From NCBI RefSeq assembly GCF_006345805.1, contig NW_021833967.1, forward strand, positions 1-52,631: a DNA stretch of 52,631 bases, in the 5' to 3' direction. The translations under genes were made by a program, and so were the position numbers. Source of the stretch: Octopus sinensis. Its lineage: Eukaryota. Positions 13,471-25,265 of the stretch are shown here, piece after piece. The stretch's first letter is position 1. The number at the start of each line of letters is the position of its first letter. Below the pieces are notes generated by a model. That model did no database searches, was not told the origin of the DNA, and worked only from the letters and a program-made list of their open reading frames with translations.

Positions 13471-13585
13471 CAAAAAATGGTCTTTCAAAAACAGTCTTCT
13501 CTGATTCAAAAAATAGTACAGCACTCTTCAATAATATATATCAATAAATGTCATTATTTTATAAATATAAATTAGCATTTAAAAT

Positions 13586-14567
13586 ATGTCGGCTGATGAG
13601 AGGATAGAGCCTTATCTTTCACACTTTGATATTATCGAACTGGAAAGAAAAATATCTGAGATCAAATCGATGGATACTTCAAATGAGCAAGTATTTACTT
13701 AATTCATTATCATTCCACTAGCCAATTGATATAATCAAATTTATTGACCTTACCTCACTTTCTGTCTACGACGATCCTTTTCGACTCAAAAATATATGTT
13801 CCGTAGGTGTCAGGCCTATTCATTATTCTGAATCACATGTCGCTGCAGTTTGTTTTTTTTCTCGATTTTCGAGAGAACTAAGTGAATATCTCTCCAAAGA
13901 ATCTTATTCTGATAAAATTAAATTAGCAGTAGGTCGACTCATGCTGATAACTACATTTTAGTTTGTGGAGGGTTTCCACATGCACAAATTACTTTATTTG
14001 CCAAAGAGGCTGAGATTCGGGACGCCGTAGCCAGTGGAGTCAATGAGATCGACCTTGTTATTCCTCGAGGATTGGTCTTTGCAGAAATGTGGGACGGTCA
14101 ACTTAAATATTATATCCACAGAACTTCTCAATGAAATCACAGTCCTTAAAAAGGCATGTGGATCTTGTTTGTTGAAAGTGATTATCTCGTCAGGAGAACT
14201 CAAAGACGTTGACCTTATTCAGAAAACTGCCGCGGTCTGCATTTTGGGGGGTTGAGGATTTTTGTTGAGTTTAGGCTCCGACTTTGTTAAACTCTGCACA
14301 GGAGTTGGAGATGATTTGGCAACCATGGAGGCTGGGTTTGTCGTAGCCTCAGTAATAAGAAAGTACTATGAGATTACTGGAAGAAAGGTGTGTTTTTACT
14401 AATCGCAGATTGGCTTAAAAACAAGTGGTGGAATACGGACTGTTGATCAGGCGATGCAGTGGATTTGTCTGGTCAAACGGGAGCTGGGAAAAGATTGGTT
14501 GACTCCTCAACTATTCAGAATTGGGGCTAGTTCGCTTCTCCAGAACATCGTTAATGTTTCACAGTGA
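13586..14567 (+). CDS. DERA: Deoxyribose-phosphate aldolase
   Basis: Spliced motifs FIDLTSL, GFPHAQ, EIDLVI, LKVII..GEL, SDFVK..TG, GLKTSGGIR, FRIGASSLL; five introns of 21-31 nt. The last few codons are uncertain because a terminal intron is possible. Confidence 0.92.
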
Positions 14568-14654
14568 TTTTTTCTGGTTACTTAAAAGATTTTTTTGACT
14601 TCAATTTTTAAAATCATCAACTTTGTAATTATCAGTCAATAAACTGCTTTATAT

Positions 14655-17382
14655 TTAGCGGTCAATAATATTGGAAATAAAGTGGTTATAAAACTTGAAT
14701 GAATACTCAGAAATTCTAAGATTACGTTCCTCTTTTGGAAAGTTATTGCGTTGGGAGTACCAGTTGTGGCCTTTCATTTCTCTGGATGATGAATAATATC
14801 AAAAATACATGCAATAATTTAGCTTTGGGTTGAATGAATTATTGGAAATTGAATAATGAATTGATTCTCTCATTTTTTCTTCCGGTAGTCTCCCTTGCAT
14901 ATATTTTCCAGGTTTGAAAGGAACTTGACTTGTTGAACTTAGTTTTTGGTGATATTTAAAAGAAATGTTTTTTGGCATTTCTTTGAATTCACTACAAATC
15001 AAATATTAAATTTATAACTTTTGAAAACTATTTAAATTCGGTTCTACTTTATTCCTGGCTTGAACATTTTTATTTTTATCCGGTTCTTGTCTTAATTGAA
15101 AATTATTTTCATGCATATCTTTCCGAACCTTAATTTATTGTTGATTAGTATACAGATGCTTTAACATTTTTATTTTTATCCGGTTCTTGTCTTAATTGAA
15201 AGTTAATTTCATGCATATCTTTCCGAACCTTAATTTATTATTGATTAGTATACAGATGCGAGTTCATTGCTTAGTGATTTAACCATTTCCTCGTTTTTTG
15301 CATCCAATTGCTCGAATTTAAAACTATTCATTTTTTTCATTTGCTCAAATTTGTCATTAATTAAATTGAGAAAGCTTGAAGTATGAAAATATTTAATACG
15401 TTTTTTCTTGCTGTGATAATTTTTCGAAAATTATTGCCTCTCTGCTTACATCAAGTTTTTCTAGCAATTTTTTATCAGTAGAAATTTCTAGTTTATTCAC
15501 TGTTGAGTTCATTTTCTCCTTGTTTTATGAACACGTGATTACATTAATGCTTTTAATTTCTGTACGCAAAAATTCAGTTTCTTTTTCAAAATCGCTGCAA
15601 ATCTGCAATTACTTTATTTTGATACCGTTTTTTTCAATCTTTCTGCAATTTCCTCAAGTTGTTTATTAAATTCTGATTTTAGTACGTCTTGTTCATATTT
15701 GTTTTGTTCGAGTTTGTTTTCTAGCAGACGAATCTGAGATCTCAACCCGTCAAATTCTCGTATTAGGTCAGAATTTAAATTTCTTGTATTTTATGTTATT
15801 TGGCTTACTTTAGACTTGAGATTTCTTCATTTGCTGCATTGTTGAATTGATCAAATGAATCGGCCCGTTCTGTTAATTTTTTGTTTAATCTTAACTATTC
15901 AATAATAAATTACTTTTTAACACTTTCCAATTCTGCATCAATCTCATGAAATCTATGAATGTTTTGGTCCAACATTTGTTTTGACTTGTCTGTCAAAAAT
16001 CTATACCTGTCGATTATTTCCTGAGAACTTTTCAACCCTATATTGTTTAGTATTCACTCTTACAGTCATTTTTGAGTGGTGATAAGTTATTTTGTTGTTT
16101 ATTTGGATTATAAACAGTTTTGAATTCTGTAAGTTGCTCTTCATCCGATGACAAGACTAATTCAGAAAGATGATTTTTGGCGCGATTTTTCATTTCCTGG
16201 CATTTTATAGACATTTCTGATGCCAAATCTTTAATTTTTACATTTCTAAAACTATCACAATAAAAATCACATTTCAGATTGTTTGCGGTTTCTATTATCT
16301 AGTTCTATCGATTTTCTATCAACGTTCTCTCTCCTACTTTGAGAGTTGCCTGTATTTCGAATATCTTTCGGAATAAGTTTTATTTTGTCGTTTGGAGGTT
16401 CTGATGTTCTCATTTGAAGTGATTTCGGTTGTAATTTGTGTGGAGTATTTTTTGATATGTCACAATGAGGTTTGCTGGAATATTTTCAAAAAATAATTAC
16501 CGCAAGATATTTTTGTTCGGATTTTTCAGAATATCAAAAACTTGTGAATTTTTTGAATAGTCGAAAGCAGATTTTCCTTTTATAAAATTCGGAAATAAAC
16601 CAGAACGGTCGACAATGTCCAACTTTACCCCAGCAGTTACCAAGAGTTCTGAGATCTCAATATTTTTCTTTTTTGCTGCAATAATCAGCGGAGTTCTGTT
16701 TTATCAGCAATGCACCACATACTCTCCTTCGTTGTTTAACAAATTAAAATCCAGTCCATTTTTTATGATAAATTTACACATTTCAACTCGATTTTGGTCA
16801 ACAGCCAAATGCAGCGGATTGTTTCCATCCTACCGTGAATCCGCACAAGACTACCATATTCGGGACAAATAAAACATCAATCTCAGATCTAATGTTTTGA
16901 GCCATGAACAAATTTCCAAAATATGCAAAATAGTGGAAAATGTTGTTTCCAAATATGTCTTGTACGTTCGTGTCAGCACCATGTTTAAGCAGTGTGAGCA
17001 TACATCCCGTTTTGTCCTCGGAAGCTGCCTTAAGATCAAATCATTTTAACAACCGTAAGCAGCGGTGTTTTGCATTCTGAGTCACGAATGTCATGTCTTG
17101 TTCCGAAACAGCGCAATAATTTTGAGACAATCTCTATATTTCCTCTAGCAGAAGCCAAGTGCAATGCAGTTCTGAATGTCGACCAAATATATACCGAGAT
17201 TTGTTGTCAATTATATTAGGATCACGGATAGAAAGTTTATTGAACTCCTCAACATCTCCCGACAAGGCGATTTTGTGAATTTTTTTAATTGACCCTGCAT
17301 CACTAAGACTAAATCGGCTAAATGGTCTGTCGAATGGATTTGTGTTTGTTTTGTGTTTTTTAGTACGGAAAAACTTTTTCAT
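14655..17382 (-). CDS. Ankyrin-repeat + coiled-coil protein, ANKRD26-like
   Basis: N-terminal KIHKIALSG..D.KSRTALHLASARG, LLKHGADTNVQD.FGN and NPLHLA repeats, followed by long K/E/Q/N-rich coiled-coil exons. The 3' end is approximate. Confidence 0.75.
15063..15259 (-). repeat. 100-bp tandem duplication of a 75-nt exon + 25-nt intron
   Basis: Exact 100-nt period; near-identical introns at 15129-15153 and 15229-15253 (GTATACTAATCAAYAATAAATTAAG); the peptide VRKDMHExNFQLRQEPDKNKNV occurs twice. Confidence 0.9.
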
Positions 17383-17444
17383 AATATTGTTTCCATAGAT
17401 ATATTAACAAACATAAATTAAAAAATATTAGTCAATCAAAAAAA

Positions 17445-18731
17445 TTAAAGCTCCAATTTAAAAAAGTTGGAGAAACCTTTCGGGTAGTTAAGGTAGCGCC
17501 TAGGCAAATAATATCGATAATCCTATGAAATTACAGCAACCAGGACACCGATTGCATTACATTTCGCCACAAATCATAATCTGCCTCATTTGGACGTAAC
17601 TCCTCGCAATCCCATGGAATCTCATCAATCAAGGAAAGACGTGTAAAATCGGGGTCAGTATACCTGCAGTAAATTCACAGATTTAACATTATTCGATAAT
17701 TACGTAACAAAAGTTCGTCGGGTTTCCGCCAATCTCTAAATTTGTGCAAATCTGCCTTATCATAAGAATCCAAATCTATTTTCTGTACATCACTGGCCAA
17801 CTATTGGGTTATTATCACCCAATCACCATTTCAATCTCAAAATCGTCATCTTTATGTTGCAAATAATCCTCCCAATCAACTTGGATCACCTCTCCGTATT
17901 TCCTACGATATATAAACAGAGATTTACCTCATAAGCGGAAGAACTGTACCCACATAACACTCCTGAATTGCTTCAATCATATTTTTGTGTACAATCCACT
18001 CTTAATCTCATATTCCTGCAAACTTAAACAACAAAAAAACAGGACGGTTTCTCTCAATAAGACTGAGAGTGTATTCAGGGGAACAGTCGAGAAAGACAGT
18101 AAGATGTGGGTAAGGCAAACTGCATAAACTTTGACTGGAAATATATTTATAGTACTCAAAAGCTGGGATATAAAGTAACTGAGTCTACCAGCTTTACTAA
18201 TTAGTCCGCATGAGTGGAGGGCAAAGGCGTAGGGAAGGTCTGACCAAATTGACCTATTTAAGACCACGCCTTGTCCAGTATTCAACATGTGGGCTACAGA
18301 ATCGGCATATTGACGGAATCGGAGATCAAATATGGAAAGTTGTATTTTTGAAGCTTTGATCCCTGGATTTGGATCTTTGAACCAATCCTGAGGGAGTAGG
18401 TCCTCAAATGTTTGGGAAGTTGCTCGTCAAAAGGTCTCATGTCTAATCCGTTCGGTAACTTGAAACCGTCTTGGTCGTGATTGATGTCGGGAAAATAACA
18501 AAATTTGAAAAAATCTGAAAATTTTCGACAAAATGATTCTTTTCCAATTCCAATGTTTCCGCAAATTATTATTATTTTGCTGTTTTCGTCCATTCGCTTT
18601 AATGTTCCGTCAATTATTGAGTGCAACTTGGTATATCCATATTTTTTATAATTCCAAGGTTTGGGCTTTGTGTTTTTGATGTACGATGTTATTCCTCGGC
18701 GAGAATAATTCAGAAATATGAACTTGTGCAT
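17445..18731 (-). CDS. NDUFA10: NADH dehydrogenase complex I 42-kDa subunit (dNK fold)
   Basis: PWNYKKYGY, IIICGNIGIGK (P-loop), YFPD and TGQGVVLNRSIWSD; N-terminal presequence-like leader; micro-introns. Confidence 0.85.
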
Positions 18732-20278
18732 TGTCACACAACAGCAAGTTTTTAATGTAATTAATTTTATTTTAAAATCAAGATTGCTTTATAATTTCAC
18801 AAATTGTGATTACAAATTTGATTTGTCTCAAGTAGATTTGAATATTATCGATTGATGAATAAAAATATAGAGTTTATCGAAAGAAATATGAATTTAACAT
18901 AAAGATACTTATTTAATTTATAATTATTTAAAAAGTTTAAAATTGGCATTACCTCACATCAGCGTTGTTAAAAATCATGATTTTTTAATTTCAATCGGGT
19001 TTTTATGAAATACAGTCAACCCTCGTTAATCCAGAAATTCAATCGACTTTCCCTTCGGATTATAGAGGATGTAAAATTTATATGATTGTTAGATAAATAA
19101 TCAAATAATAAACACAATTATTTATTGAAAAAATAGAATAAAGTTCATTGTATAGTGTTTTTAATTAATTTTTGTAAATCATCAAGATGTGTTTCAAATT
19201 TTTGACAGTATCGTTTGTTATATTTTGAAAAGCAATTCGAAAAAGAACAATTTGAATGCATCAAATAAGTAGTTGGACTAATATCCTAACTCTCTTCGAC
19301 CTGGTCATCTTTAGCATTAAGCATGATATCTTCAACAGTGTATTCTTCTTGAATCAGCGCAATGATTTCATCGTTATCAATGACTTTTTCTGTTTGAAGC
19401 ATATCTTCTTCAATCATAATTTGGTCCATCTCATTATTATGTGCCTCAGTAATTGGATCTTGGACAACTCTTCTTCAGCATAAGACTCATCAAGACCTTG
19501 AATAATTCCAACTTTTTTGAAACAATAATTTCTTGTTTCACATTTGCCCAAGCTTCATGAAGTAAAAATATTCCATGTTTAAGATTAACAAAAAAGTCTA
19601 ACGATTGATCAAGCGAGTTCATATAATCAACCACTAACTCTTTTCTGTAATAATGCTTTAGATTGTTTATTATTCCTGCATCCATTGGTTGAAGATGAGC
19701 AGTTGAGTTTTTTGTAAACTTTATAACTTCAATGTTTGGAAAATTGTTCTTCAAAATGTGACTTGGCGTGTTATCAAGAAGCAATAAAATGTTTGTCATA
19801 TCGCTTCAGCTCATCTTCAAATAGCAGCATCATTCAATTAAACAAATAACGGTCATCCAAGCTTTCGAATTTGCATAATAATGACAGAATTTTCCACATT
19901 GAATCCTTTGAAACACCTTGGTTTCTGGTTGTGTCCATAACAAAAGGTGTCATTTTAATTGATCCAGTTTTATTAAAACATAAAACAACAGTTATTCAAA
20001 CTTTAGATTGTTTTACGCTTTTTCTTTGGTTAATGAAATCGTTCTTGTATGAAATGCTTGAAAAAGTCCTGTTTCATCCATATTTAGTATAACTTTAATT
20101 TTTCAACCATTTTTTGGTCTATGTGCTGAAACATAACATCATTCATTGAATTTGCTTCTCCTTGAGGATCTTTCAATTTCAATTTGAATCGATTTTTGAA
20201 TCTATATAGCCATCCTTCGCTAAATTGCAGGTCTTCAATATTTAGCTTTTTTCCAAATTCCTTGCTTTAGAATAATAA

Positions 20279-21771
20279 CACCCCTCGACATAAATATTGG
20301 TGAATCTTCAACTTACTTCATTCATACAAAGAATGATTTAATTTTTTCTTCAGATATATTTTAAAATCTGATAAAATTGATAAAATTAATTTAATTATTT
20401 AAATTTTGAAATTTTGTCTAAGAAATTTGGAAAAAACAACGACTTTCATTGGCATAAAATTTGGTTATTGTGAGATTAATATGTAGAATAACCTCCTTTT
20501 GCCGAATAGATCTCCCAACACCTTTTTTTCATTGACTCAACTAATTTTTCAAGTGTTTTTGATGGAATAGAATTCCAAATATCTAATAGATTTTCCTTCA
20601 GTGCCTGAATGTTCTCATTTTTTCTTTGCCTAATTTGAACTTCATATATGCCACAAATGCTCTATCGGATTTAAATCCGGAGATTGCGAAGGCCATTCAA
20701 TTTTTTAATATTTTTTCGCGAAAATATTGAATAATCATTTTGATGTATGGCAGGGAGCGTGTCTTGTTGAAAAATATAGTCAACAATCCCCATTTTTTGT
20801 ACAGAAAATGGCAAATTATTGGTCAAAATAGATTGATATTTTGCAGAATTAAGCGTTTTGTCTATAAATACCAAATCGCCTACCCCATGATAGAAAAAAA
20901 AACCCCACCCATGACTTTCCCTAATTTTTTATTACATCATATTTACCTTTTCCAAATTTGACAGTTGGAGTAATATTTTCGAATTTATTCATTTCAAATT
21001 TTTTTCTATACACAATTTTCTTTTTTGGATCGGTAATAATTCAAAAATACATTCATCAGAAAAGATTATTGATCTAAAATCATGGTTTGAAATTTGAAGA
21101 AATTTTTGGACGATCTCGAATCTGGAAACCATGTGTTTTTTGTTAGAAGTGGTTTTTTCTTTGCAATTCTTCCGAAAATTCCATTTTTATTTAAATTTCG
21201 TATTATGGTTCGAGACGAGACACGTGTTCCAGAAAACTTTTCTATTTCATTAGAGAGTTCAGAAGCAGTTAAAGATGAATTTTCCTCTGATGTGCGTACC
21301 AAATGATTAATTTGCACATTATTCAAAATTGATAGTCTTCCAGAACCATGTTGGCGGTCATATGATCCAGTTTTATTGTATTTCTTGATAAAATTTACGA
21401 CTGTTGAATATGGAACACCGGTTTCTTTAGAAATTTTAATATATGACATATTTAAGTCGTATAGCGCAATTATTTTCCCTTTCATAAACGAATCGAGAGT
21501 ATTATATCTAAAAATATTTTTTATTAAGATCAATCTCTAAATACTAGCATAATTTGACGGTTTAAATTTTATAACCAATTTTTATGTCACTAACCTAATT
21601 GCCGACATGCTTTAAATTTCTTGCAATATTAAAATTTAAATCTATTTTAATTATAAATACAAAAAATATTATTTTAGAAGAAGATCTAAAGGATCTTAAA
21701 GTATGAATTTATTCGTTTTTAAATGAAAAAAAGCAGGAAAGATAAATAACCAAATTTTTTGTCGAGGGGTG
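20279..21771 (-). mobile_element. Tc1-family transposon nested in pogo
   Basis: TIR CACCCCTCGACA at both ends (TA on the right, AA on the left); HTH region, SDECIF, QQD and SPDLNPIEHLW motifs. The pogo frame rejoins across it. Confidence 0.88.
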
Positions 21772-22130
21772 TAATTTCATCAGTCAAGTAACCGTTAATA
21801 GCATCCATTCGAGATATCCATTCTATCAATGAATTCACAAAAGATAATGATTTTTAGAAGCTTGTCTATAGTAAGTGTTTGAGATCTCACTATTTTTCCA
21901 TTGTTCTTTATTTTTCAAAATTTCAGATAAAGTAGAATTTCCTAGGTCCAGGTTTAATTCTCTTCTGATAAATTGAGGCAATTCATTCAGCGACATTTTC
22001 CTCGAATCCTAATTTACAAATCTGTTCTTTTAGATCAATTTTGAGTTCAGTCCTTTTTCTAACCATAGAATTACGAAAAGCGTGTTGTTATTAAATTTCT
22101 AAAAATTAATCAACAAAATTATTTTTTAAT

Positions 22131-22802
22131 TTTTTTACTAAAACTGTGTAGTATAATAAAAACGGAACATGTAACAAGAAAAACAATCACGTGAAACTAG
22201 CTAATTAGAAATCTAGATCTTCAGTGATTTCTCTTCTTTGCTTGGAAGACGAGTTTTCCATAAACTTTCTTTCATTCTCTATTTCTGCGTCAATGAATTT
22301 ATTCAATTAATGTTCTCACGACATACCAGCTCCGTAAGTTGATTGGCGGCAGAGGCGTACTCCTCGTTGTCTACCTTCATCCCGTGTCTGTGCTCGATAA
22401 CCATACTCTCTAGCGTCCTCTTCAGCACAACGGACTGGATGTATGTCCTCGTTCCTTCTTCAATGGATAACTTGTCCATATGAGTTTTAAAGAACTTTGA
22501 GACAACTCCATCCCATGTCAAGACAATTGGAATAATCTTCACTTTTGCTTCATAGAAACCGACAGTTCGTTTTTGCAAGCAGTTATATTTGTGAAATTTC
22601 TCCACTTCAACTTGCTTTAAACGGTCTTGCGAGGTAACTCCCACTTTGATTAAATGAATTTCTCTTTCCTTTTGTCATAAACGAAAATATCAGGTTTATT
22701 GAATTGGACTTTCGTTTCAAGTCATATTGACGTGTCAACTCTGATTCGACATTTTGGGTCGACATTATGACACAACCAATGTCCTTTCAATTTCCTGCTT
22801 CG
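22131..22802 (-). mobile_element. R4-like REL retrotransposon 3' fragment (second subfamily)
   Basis: RIRVDT, NKPDIF, VGVTSQDRL..VEVEK, IIPIVLTWDG, YIQSVVLKRTLES. Candidate low-complexity 10-bp TSD ATTTTTTAAT at 22121-22130 and 22803-22812. Confidence 0.8.
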
Positions 22803-24283
22803 ATTTTTTAATAATAATAAATAAAATTAATCCGAAATTATATTGATCCTAGCGTTCGGATTCCAGATTATTGAATTTTCGAGTATTAATCAAATTTGGC
22901 AGGAAAAAGTTACAAATTTATAATTTCAATTAAAAAATTCGGATTATAGAAGTTAAGATTAACGAGGTTGACTGTAAATTATTTTTATTCAAAAACAAAA
23001 TTAATAAAATAAAATAGAAATCATAGTTATTTAAAAGCTGTAAATAAAGACAAATTTGGCAGCCTTTTCAATTCCAAGTCTATTTCGTACATTTAAAAGT
23101 CGAACAATTCGTTCTATTCCACATGTTGAAGCGGCTGCTCCAAGAATTTTTTTGACGAGTGAAATTGTTTCATAAATACTTCAAAACGAGGTCAATCTCT
23201 ACTGTTCCTACAACATGTTGGGTCAATTAGATTCGCAAGTGAAAAGTGTTAATGCTTAATCAGCTTGAGTTTTCACTTTTTCTAAAATAGCCGTACATTC
23301 ATAGTCCATATAAGTCTGTTCAAGTTCCTTCCAAATTTCTACAGCATGGCAAATCTTCGTAGAATATTTTGTCTAAAGCGACAGCAATTGGATATTTTTC
23401 AACACGACGTTTTAGGCAAATATTTTGGACTTTGGAAGCATATCTGTATCAATATCGGATCTGTCTTCTTCACAAGTTACATATCTATCAAATTTTTTTT
23501 CGATAACGTCATCGTAGTAACGAAATTCATTGATGATTGGTCCTTCATTCTCAGGGGCAATTCTCTGATTAAACCACTTTAATTTTGAACCGAATTTCAG
23601 GATATCAACATTAGTTCGGCATAACAAATAATGATGCCTCATTCGAGATACGAGACCTTTTACCTCCTTTCTGCAATTACCAGTCTTTCCAGAATTCTCC
23701 AAGACTCCAGACATTTAATAAATTTAAGCAATTTTAAATGATTTTTTTGATTTTTAACGATTTAAATCATTGATTTTTTAGGTTGATTAAAATCAACTCT
23801 AAGGTCACAGGTGGCCCCTAGGATTCAATTGTGGTCCCTTTGTTTTTCTAATTATTTTATTTTTGTGTACTTCAACTAGTAAAATTAAACCTAATTTTGA
23901 TTTTTAAGTAATTAATAATTGTTAAAAAATATTAGTGTAAGGAATAGTGAGATTAGGAAGATTCTGCGTTTTAAACTCATTAAAAGATTAGGAAGATTCT
24001 GGCGATTATATACAGCTTGCTCGCGATCTTGGTGTCAAGAGAACAACAGCTATAGCTATTGTAAAAAGTGGAAATCCGTATTTTTGTAAACATTGAGGTG
24101 GAAGGGATGCTACGAGTAAACTTACGGATGATGATATGAATTTGTTAATTGAAAAAATCGAGAATAATCCATTAATAACAATAAAGGAATTACGAAAATT
24201 TCCAGAAATAGTCAGGAAAATATCGAAAAAAGAAAAATATTTTCATTGGGTTATCAACGTAATACAAATAGAAAAATAAATTT

Positions 24284-24600
24284 AAAGTGAAAATAATCCC
24301 TGTGGTACTTACTTGGGATGGAATTGTCTCAAGATTCTTCAAAAGTCATCTGGATTCTATCGCAGTGAAAGACAGGGTGAAGGCATACATCCAGACACTG
24401 GTGTTGCGGAAGACCTTAGAAAGCATGCAAGCCGAGACAAGGCACAGGTCATCGATGCCTGTCGAAAAAGTATCCCCTGAATCTAGACTGCGCGTTGACA
24501 TGAATCTGCCCATCCGTGCACTGAACGGGAGGGTGAGGTTGATGAAATAAAACACTACAAATAACGAAAACGGAATAATTATTAATTTTTGTCTGAAAGT
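24284..24600 (+). mobile_element. R4-like REL retrotransposon 3' tip (third subfamily)
   Basis: KIIPVVLTWDG...AYIQTLVLRKTLES; 13-bp TSD GAAAAATAAATTT at 24271-24283 and 24601-24613. Confidence 0.85.
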
Positions 24601-24799
24601 GAAAAATAAATTTGGACGAAACAAATTTCAATTTTTTACATTAAAAAAATTCGGCCGATCCTATATAGAATCACGTGCAATAATTCTAGTAAGGGAAAGC
24701 AAAGGAGTGAATCTTAACCTCATTTTGGCAATTGATGACAATGGAACAATTGTGAGATTTTTTTACATGCTAACAACACTTGTTTTCGTTAAACCGTGT

Positions 24800-25265
24800 A
24801 AAATTATTAGAGAAGTTAACTAAATTAGATGAGTCGCCGAGCGGATGGACAGGCAATTTCCACGTAATATCGCGAACGATATCCGCTGAAGAAGCCAGTT
24901 CGTTTCACGACTGTTTTGACTCCTCCTCGAGATGATTAAACCAATCTTTGAGAGGAGTTTGAGGGCTTTTGGTCCAATTATCTCACTGGTCTCGAAAGCC
25001 AGAGGAATGAAGCAGCAGGTATCGGTCAAAGAGCCATATTTTGCAGTTTTCCTAGATTCCGCAAGGGCAGATGCAGATCCTGGACGAGAAGCGCAGTCAA
25101 CCAACGATGATGAGAAAAATGAGTCTACACAGGTAACATCCCACACGAGTGCCCTGAACGGGAATAAAGTCGACCCATCAGGGCGTTTTCCGTCCCCACG
25201 GTCCAGTCCTATCGGTTCTAACATTGAGGGGAATCCAGCGGTGTTAAGCGCGCCCTTCACAAAAT
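24800..25265 (-). mobile_element. CRE-like retrotransposon 3' fragment
   Basis: LEPIGLDRGDGKRPDG, LVWDVTC, AESRKTAKY, PLAFET, QRISFAILRGN. Confidence 0.85.

Larger units (their letters stand above)
19013..22974 (-). mobile_element. pogo/Tigger DNA transposon
   Basis: TIRs CAGTCAACC(C)TCGTTAATC with TA on both flanks; CENP-B-type N-terminus from ATG 22066; FSEGWLYRFK; DDE_1 motifs LLLDNTPSH and LQPMDAGII. Confidence 0.9.
18960..23801 (-). mobile_element. Tentative internally deleted hAT element enclosing the pogo nest
   Basis: Dimerisation-domain remnant ILGAAASTCGIER...RNRLGIEKAAKFVF near 23030-23150; imperfect ends CAGCGTTG (18960) and CAACTCTA (23794-23801) with GATTT-rich subtermini. The TSD is not convincing. 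Confidence 0.45.
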
